Of a stretch of 64,000 nucleotides of DNA, positions 55,701 to 64,000 are shown in pieces. Source of the DNA: Utricularia gibba (lineage: Eukaryota; Plantae; Magnoliophyta); NCBI GenBank assembly GCA_002189035.1, contig NEEC01000027.1, positions 636,451-700,450 of the forward strand. The letters run 5' to 3'. The position numbers were made by a program, and so were the translations under genes. The notes beneath the pieces are model-generated. The model had not been told where the DNA came from and did not search any database. It saw nothing but the letters and a program-made list of their open reading frames with translations. Numbering within the stretch: position 1 is the stretch's first letter; each line of letters begins with the position of its first letter.

Positions 55701-58700
55701 ATACATTGTCGGACGACAAAGCTTCCAACACGGAAGATGCTCGGCTAAGAATGAGCTTTGAAACGTCATGCCGTGCGCAGCGTGACTCATCACGGTTTGC
55801 AAGATATCGACAAGATATTGAACGAGGCACGAGGCATGCATCAGGTGTGCGTAAGAACACACCCGTGCATTGTAAGGGATCGCCTCGAAAACGAAAATTT
55901 CACACCTTCCAATGAAATGCATATGTATTGCATGCGAGAAATCCCATTCCTGTCGAATCGGAAGTCCCGAGTCACACCATCGCGAACGTCGTGGCCATTT
56001 TTGGCACAATTGAAGGCTAATAGAAGGCAATAATTGAGCTCTGATACATTGTCGGACGACAAAGCTTCCAACACGGAAGATGACCGGCTCAGAATGAGCT
56101 TTGAAACGGTATCCTGTGCGTAGCGTGACTCATCACGGTTTGCAAGATATCGACAAGATATTGAACGAGGCACGAGGCATGCATCAGGTGTGCGTAAGAA
56201 CACACCCGTGCATTGTAAGGGATCGCTCGAAAACGAAAATTTCACACCTTCCAATGAAATGCATATGTTTGCATGCGAGAAATCCATTCGCATCGAATCG
56301 GAAGTCCCGAGTCGCATCGTCGCGAACGTCGTGGCCAATTTGGGGCACAATTGAAGGCTAAAATACGGCAATAATTCGAGCTCTGATACATCGTCGGACG
56401 ACAAAGCTTCCAACACGGAAGATGACCGGCTCAGAATGAGATTTAAAACGTCATGCTGTGCGCAGCGTGACTCATCACGGTTTGCAAGATATTGCAAGAT
56501 ATTGAACGCGGCACGAAGCATGCATCAGTTGTGCGTATGAACACACCCGTGGCATTGTAAGGGATCACCTCAAAAATGAAAATTTCACACCTTCCAATGA
56601 AATCCATATGTTTTACAAACGAGAAATCACATTCGCGTCGAATCGGAAGCCCCGAGTCGAATTATCGCGAACGTCATGGCAACTTTGTGGCACAATTGAA
56701 GGCTAATATAAGGAAATAATTCGAGCTCTGATAAATCGTCGGACGACGAAGCTTCCATCACGGATGATGACCGCCTCGGAATGAGCTTCGAAACGGTGTG
56801 TCGTGCGCAACGCGGGTAATCACGGTTTTGAAGATATCGACAAAATACGGAATGGTGCACGAGGTCTACATCAGGTGTGGGTTGGAAAACACCCGTGGCA
56901 TTGTAAGGGATCGCCTCGAAAACGAAAATTTCACACCTTCCAATGAAATCCATATGTCTTGATAGCGAGAAATCACATTCCGTCGAATCGGAAGTCCCGA
57001 GTCGCATCGTCGCGAACGTCGTGGCCAATTTGGGGCACAATTGAAGGCTAACATACGACAATAATTCGAGCTCTGATACATCGTCGGATGACAAAGCTTC
57101 CAACACGGAAGATGACCGCCTCGAATGAGCTTCGAAACGGTGTGTCGTGCGATATCGACAAGATATTGAACGAGGCACGAGGCATGCATCAGTGTGCGTA
57201 AGAACACACCCGTGCATTGTAAGGGATCGCCTCGAAAACGAAAAATTTCACACCTTCCAATGAAATGCATATGTTTGCATGCGAGAAATCCCATTCCTGT
57301 CGAATCGGAAGTCCCGAGTCACACCATCGCGAACGTCGTGGCCATTTGTGGCACAATTGAAGGCTAATAGAAGGCAATAATTCGAGCTCTGATACATTGT
57401 CGGACGACAAAGCTTCCAACACGGAAGATGACCGGCTCAGAATGAGCTTTGAAACGGTATCCTGTGCGTAGCGTGACTCATCACGGTTTGCAAGATATCG
57501 ACAAGATATTGAACGAGGCACGAGGCATGCATCATGTGTGCGTAAGAACACACCCGTGGCATTGTAAGGGATCGCTCGAAAACGAAAATTTCACACCTTC
57601 CAATGAAATGCATATGTTTGCATGCGAGAAATCCCATTCGCATCGAATCGGAAGTCCCGAGTCGCATCGTCGCGAACGTCGTGGCCAATTTGGGGCACAA
57701 TTGAAGGCTAAATACGGCAATAATTCGAGCTCTGATACATCGTCGGACGACAAAGCTTCCAACACGGAAGATGACCGGCTCAGAATGAGATTTAAAACGT
57801 CATGCTGTGCGCAGCGTGACTCATCACGGTTTGCAAGATATTGCAAGATATTGAACGCGGCACGAAGCATGCATCAGTTGTGCGTATGAACACACCCGTG
57901 GCATTGTAAGGGATCACCTCAAAAATGAAAATTTCACACCTTCCAATGAAATCCATATGTTTTACAAACGAGAAATCACATTCGCGTCGAATCGGAAGCC
58001 CGAGTCGAATTATCGAACGTCATGGCAACTTTGTGGCACAATTGAAGGCTAATATAAGGAAATAATTCGAGCTCTGATAAATCGTCGGACGACGAAGCTT
58101 CCATCACGGATGATGACCGCCTCGGAATGAGCTTCGAAACGGTGTGTCGTGCGCAACGCGGGTAATCACGGTTTTGAAGATATCGACAAAATACGGAATG
58201 GTGCACGAGGCTACATCAGGTGTGGGTTGGAAAACACCCGTGGCATTGTAAGGGATCGCCTCGAAAACGAAAATTTCACACCTTCCAATGAAATGCATAT
58301 GTTTGCATGCGAGAAATCCCATTCCTGTCGAATCGGAAGTCCCGAGTCCCATCGCGAACGTCGTGGCCACTTTGTGGCACAATTGAAGGCTAATAGAAGG
58401 CAATAATTCGAGCTCTGATACATTGTCGGACGACAAAGCTTCCAACACGGAAGATGCTCGGCAGAATGAGCTTTGAAACGTCATGCCGTGCGCAGCGTGA
58501 CTCATCACGGTTGCAAGATATCGACAAAGATATTGAACGAGGCACGAGGCATGCATCAGGTGTGCAAGAACACACCCGTGGCATTGTAAGGGATCGCCTC
58601 GAAAACGAAAATTTCACACCTTCCAATGAAATGCATATGTATTGCATGCGAGAAATCCCATTCCTGTCGAATCGGAAGTCCCGAGTCACACCATCGCGAA

Positions 58701-61700
58701 CGTCGTGGCCACTTTGTGGCACAATTGAAGGCTAATAGAAGGCAATAATTCGAGCTGATACATTGTCGGACGACAAAGCTTCCAACACGGAAGATGACCG
58801 GCTCAGAATGAGCTTTGAAACGGTATCCTGTGCGTAGCGTGACTCATCACGGTTTGCAAGATATCGACAAGATATTGAACGAGGCACGAGGCATGCATCA
58901 TGTGTGCGTAAGAACACACCCGTGGCATTGTAAGGGATCGCCTCGAAAACGAAAATTTCACACCTTCCAATGAAATGCATATGTTTGCATGCGAGAAATC
59001 ACATTCGCATCGAATCGGAAGTCCCGAGTCGCACGAACGTCGTGGCCAATTTTGGGCACAATTGAAGGCTAAAATACGGCAATAATTCGAGCTCTGATAC
59101 ATCGTCGGACGACAAAGCTTCCAACACGGAGATGACCGGCTCAGAATGAGATTTAAAACGTCATGCTGTGCGCAGCGTGACTCATCACGGTTTGCAAGAT
59201 ATTGCAAGATTGAACGCGGCACGAAGCATGCATCAGTTGTGCGTATGAACACACCCGTGGCATTGTAAGGGATCACCTCAAAAATGAAAATTTCACACCT
59301 TCCAATGAAATCCATATGTTTTACAAACGAGAAATCACATTCGCGTCGAATCGGAAGCCCCGAGTCGAATTATCGCGAACGTCATGGCAACTTTGTGGCA
59401 CAATTGAAGGCTAATAAGGAAATAATTCGAGCTCTGATAAATCGTCGGACGACGAAGCTTCCATCACGGATGATGACCGCCTCGGAATGAGCTTCGAAAC
59501 GTGTGTCGTGCGCAACGCGGGTAATCACGGTTTTGAAGATATCGACAAAATACGGAATGGTGCACGAGGTCTACATCAGGTGTGGGTTGGAAAACACCCG
59601 TGGCATTGTAAGGGATCGCCTCGAAAACGAAAATTTCACACCTTCCAATGAAATGCATATGTATTGCATGCGCGAAATCCCATTCCTGTCGAATCGGAAG
59701 TCCCGAGTCAAACCATCGCGAACGTCGTGGCCACTTTGTGGCACAATTGAAGGCTAATAGAAGGCAATAATTCGAGCTCTGATACATTGTCGGACGACAA
59801 AGCTTCCAACACGGAAGATGCTCGGCTAAGAATGAGCTTTGAAACGTCATGCCGTGCGCAGCGTGACTCATCACGGTTTGCAAGATATCGACAAGATATT
59901 GAACGAGGCACGAGGCATGCATCAGGTGTGCGTAAGAACACACCCGTAGCATTGTAAGGGATCGCCTCGAAAACGAAAATTTCACACCTTCCAATGAAAT
60001 GCATATGTATTGCATGCGAGAAATCCCATTCCTGTCGAATCGGAAGTCCCGAGTCACACCATCGCGAACGTCGTGGCCATTTTTGGCACAATTGAAGGCT
60101 AATAGAAGGCAATAATTTGAGCTCTGATACATTGTCGGACGACAAAGCTTCCAACACGGAAGATGACCGGCTCAGAATGAGCTTTGAAACGGTATCCTGT
60201 GCGTAGCGTGACTCATCACGGTTTGCAAAGATATCGACAAGATATTGAACGAGGCACGAGGCATGCATCAGGTGTGCGTAAGAACACACCCGTAGCATTG
60301 TAAGGGATCGCCTCGAAAACGAAAATTTCACACCTTCAATGAAATGCATATGTTTGCATGCGAGAAATCCCATTCGCATCGAATCGGAAGTCCCGAGTCG
60401 CATCGTCGCGAACGTCGTGGCCAATTTGGGGCACAATTGAAGGCTAAAATACGGCAATAATTCGAGCTCTGATACATCGTCGGACGACAAAGCTTCCAAC
60501 ACGGAAAGATGACCGGCTCAGAATGAGATTTAAAACGTCATGCTGTGCGCAGCGTGACTCATCACGGTTTGCAAGATATTGCAAGATATTGAACGCGGCA
60601 CGAAGCATGCATCAGTTGTGCGTATGAACACACCCGTGGCATTGTAAGGGATCACCTCAAAAATGAAAATTTCACACCTTCCAATGAAATCCATATGTTT
60701 TACAAACGAGAAATCACATTCGCGTCGAATCGGAAGCCCCGAGTCGAATTATCGCGAACGTCATGGCAACTTTGTGGCACAATTGAAGGCTAATATAAGG
60801 AAATAATTCGAGCTCTGATAAATCGTCGGACGACGAAGCTTCCATCACGGATGATGACCGCCTCGGAATGAGCTTCGAAACGGTGTGTCGTGCGCAACGC
60901 GGGTAATCACGGTTTTGAAGATATCGACAAAATACGGAATGGTGCACGAGGTCTACATCAGGTGTGGTTGGAAAACACCCGTGGCATTGTAAGGGATCGC
61001 CTCGAAAACGAAAATTTCACACCTTCCAATGAAATGCATATGTATTGCATGCGAGAAATCCATTCCTGTCGAATCGGAAGTCCCGAGTCAAACCATCGCG
61101 AACGTCGTGGCCACTTTGTGGCACAATTGAAGGCTAATAGAAGGCAATAATTCGAGCTCTGATACATTGTCGGACGACAAAGCTTCCAACACGGAAGATG
61201 CCGGCTAAGAATGAGCTTTGAAACGTCATGCCGTGCGCAGCGTGACTCATCACGGTTTGCAAGATATCGACAAGATATTGAACGAGGCACGAGGCATGCA
61301 TCAGGTGTGCGTAAGAACACACCCGTGGCATTGTAAGGGATCGCCTCGAAAACGAAAATTTCACACCTTCCAATGAAATGCATATGTATTGCATGCGAGA
61401 AATCCCATTCCTGTCGAATCGGAAGTCCCGAGTCACACCATCGCGAACGTCGTGGCCATTTGTGGCACAATTGAAGGCTAATAGAAGGCAATAATTCGAG
61501 CTCTGATACATTGTCGGACGACAAAGCTTCCAACACGGAAGATGACCGGCTCAGAATGAGCTTTGAAACGGTATCCTGTGCGTAGCGTGACTCATCACGG
61601 TTTGCAAGATATCGACAAGATATTGAACGAGGCACGAGGCATGCATCAGTTGTGCGTATGAACACACCCGTGGCATTGTAAGGGATCACCTCAAAAATGA

Positions 61701-63056
61701 AAATTTCACACCTTCCAATGAAATCCATATGTTTTACAAACGAGAAATCACATTCGCGTCGAATCGGAAGCCCCGAGTCGAATTATCGCGAACGTCATGG
61801 CAACTTTGTGGCACAATTGAAGGCTAATATAAGGAAATAATTCGAGCTCTGATAAATCGTCGGACGACGAAGCTTCCATCACGGATGATGACCGCCTCGG
61901 AATGAGCTTCGAAACGGTGTGTCGTGCGCAACGCGGGTAATCACGGTTTTGAAGATATCGACAAAATACGGAATGGTGCACGAGGTCTACATCAGGTGTG
62001 GTTGGAAACACCCGTGGCATTGTAAGGGATCGCCTCGAAAACGAAAATTTCACACCTTCCAATGAAATGCATATGTATTGCATGCGCGAAATCCCATTCC
62101 TGTCGAATCGGAAGTCCCGAGTCAAACCATCGCGAACGTCGTGGCCACTTTGTGGCACAATTGAAGGCTAATAGAAGGCAATAATTCGAGCTCTGATACA
62201 TTGTCGGACGACAAAGCTTCCAACACGGAAGATGCTCGGCTAAGAATGAGCTTTGAAACGTCATGCCGTGCGCAGCGTGACTCATCACGGTTTGCAAGAT
62301 ATCGACAAGATATTGAACGAGGCACGAGGCATGCATCAGGTGTGCGTAAGAACACACCCGTAGCATTGTAAGGGATCGCCTCGAAAACGAAAATTTCACA
62401 CCTTCCAATGAAATGCATATGTATTGCATGCGAAATCCCATTCCTGTCGAATCGGAAGTCCCGAGTCACACCATCGCGAACGTCGTGGCCATTTTTGGCA
62501 CAATTGAAGGCTAATAGAAGGCAATAATTTGAGCTCTGATACATTGTCGGACGACAAAGCTTCCAACACGGAAGATGACCGGCTCAGAATGAGCTTTGAA
62601 ACGGTATCCTGTGCGTAGCGTGACTCATCACGGTTTGCAAGATATCGACAAGATATTGAACGAGGCACGAGGCATGCATCAGTGTGCGTAGAACACACCC
62701 GTAGCATTGTAAGGGATCGCCTCGAAAACGAAAATTTCACACCTTCCAATGAAATGCATATGTTTGCATGCGAGAAATCCCATTCGCATCGAATCGGAAG
62801 TCCCGAGTCGCATCGTCGCGAACGTCGTGGCCAATTTGGGGCACAATTGAAGGCTAAAATACGGCAATAATTCGAGCTCTGATACATCGTCGGACGACAA
62901 AGCTTCCAACACGGAAGATGACCGGCTCAGAATGAGATTTAAAACGTCATGCTGTGCGCAGCGTGACTCATCACGGTTTGCAAGATATTGCAAGATATTG
63001 AACGCGGCACGAAGCATGCATCAGTTGTGCGTATGAACACACCCGTGGCATTGTAA
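52734..63056 (+). repeat. 4-mer-dominated HOR domain (~1.35-1.38 kb units, two 3-mers)
   Basis: A anchors at 52734, 54114, 55188, 56561, 57910, 59269, 60648, 61682 and 63057; spacings 1380, 1074, 1373, 1349, 1359, 1379, 1034, 1375. Confidence 0.88.
54297..54436 (+). repeat. 70 bp intra-monomer tandem duplication
   Basis: GACGAAGCTTCCATCACGG...GTGCGCAACGCGG occurs at 54297-54366 and again at 54367-54436. Confidence 0.9.
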
Positions 63057-63339
63057 GGGATCACCTCAAAATGAAAATTTCACACCTTCCAATGAAATCC
63101 ATATGTTTTACAAACGAGAAATCACATTCGCGTCGAATCGGAAGCCCCGAGTCGAATTATCGCGAACGTCATGGCAACTTTGTGGCACAATTGAAGGCTA
63201 ATATAAGGAAATAATTCGAGCTCTGATAAATCGTCGGACGACGAAGCTTCCATCACGGATGATGACCGCCTCGGAATGAGCTTCGAAACGTGTGTCGTGC
63301 GCAACGCGGTAATCACGGTTTTGAAGATATCGACAAAAT

Positions 63340-64000
63340 ACGGAATGGTGAACGAGGTCTACATCAGGTGTGGGTTGGAAACACCCGTGGCCTTGTAAGG
63401 GATCGCCTCGAAAACGAAAATTTCACCCTTCCAACGAAATGAATATTTTTTGCTAGCGAGAAATCACATTCGCGTCGAATCGGAAGTCCCGAGTCGCATC
63501 GTCGCGAACGTCGTGGCCAATTTGGGCACAATTGAAGGCTAACATACGACAATAATTCGAGCTCTGATACATCGTCGGATGACAAAGCTTCCAACACGGA
63601 AGATGACCGCCTCGAATGAGCTTCGAAACGGTGTGTCGTGCGCTACGTGGCTCATCACGGTTTTCAAGATATCGATAAATACAGAATGGTGCACGAGGCA
63701 TGCATCATGTGGGCGTAAGAACACACCCGTGGCATTGTAAGGATCGCCTCGAAAAACGAAAATTTCACACCTTCCAATGAAATGCATATGTATTGCATGC
63801 GCGAAATCCCATTCCTGTCGAATCGGAAGTCCCGAGTCAAACCATCGCGAACGTGGCCACTTTTGGCACAATTGAAGGCTAATATAAGGTAATAATTCGT
63901 GCTCTGATACATCGTCGAACGACAAAGCTTGCAAACGAAGAAATGACCGCCTCAGAATGAGCTTCGAAACGGTGTGTCATGCGCACGCGGCTCATCACGC
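63340..64000 (+). repeat. More diverged monomers at the right edge of the window
   Basis: Variants not seen in the homogeneous core: GGTGAACGAGG, GTGGCCTTGT, CCAACGAAATGAATATTTTTTGCTAGCG, AAGGTAATAATTCGTGCTC, GCTTGCAAACGAAGAAATG, TGTCATGCGCACGCGG. Confidence 0.8.

Larger units (their letters stand above)
1..64000 (+). repeat. Tandem satellite DNA array, ~345-346 bp monomer, ~185 head-to-tail copies, single orientation
   Basis: The anchor AAAATTTCACACCTTCCAATGAAAT recurs every ~345 bp from position ~23 to ~63,760. No unique (non-monomer) sequence or inversion was seen anywhere in the window. Confidence 0.99.

Noticed and set aside
1-64000. Hundreds of ORFs, including minus-strand ORFs of 240-354 aa (e.g. 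2874-3860, 46073-47068, 47543-48607)
   Set aside because: All are re-translations of the same 346 bp monomer. They switch frame at monomer indels, repeat the same peptides (e.g. MYQSSNYCLL, HFIGRCEIFVF) and resemble no domain I recognise. They are treated as non-coding.
1-64000. CRISPR-like repeat-spacer array
   Set aside because: There are no unique spacers, the whole 346 bp unit is repeated, and there are no cas-like ORFs.
1-64000. Transposon insertion, LTR or inversion within the array
   Set aside because: No non-monomer insert, terminal inverted repeat, target-site duplication or orientation switch was seen.

Overview
The whole 64 kb window is one uninterrupted, head-to-tail tandem satellite array of a ~345-346 bp monomer (about 185 copies, all in the same orientation). 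One monomer (611-956) counted by hand is 47.7% GC with CpG observed/expected ~1.3. I see no protein-coding gene, RNA gene, transposon or CRISPR array; every ORF in the track is a re-translation of the same monomer. The interest lies in the hierarchy. (1) The monomers fall into recognisable subtypes (my labels A-F, plus rare diverged G/H/I). (2) These form variable-length higher-order repeats (HORs) of 3-8 monomers, with a 5-mer core A-B-C-D-E of ~1.73 kb. (3) A ~24.6-24.7 kb (~72-monomer) super-repeat is present twice, with the same HOR-length series 8,5,7,7,3,7,8,6,5 and shared private SNPs and indels. (4) There is a ~5.5 kb local duplication at 45.5-54 kb. (5) The array switches to a 4-mer-dominated domain after ~52.7 kb. 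(6) Monomers are more diverged at the right edge. This resembles eukaryotic (peri)centromeric or heterochromatic satellite, but I cannot identify the organism or the family. Patches of dense 1-3 bp indels suggest assembly or polishing noise, so some structure may be artefactual.
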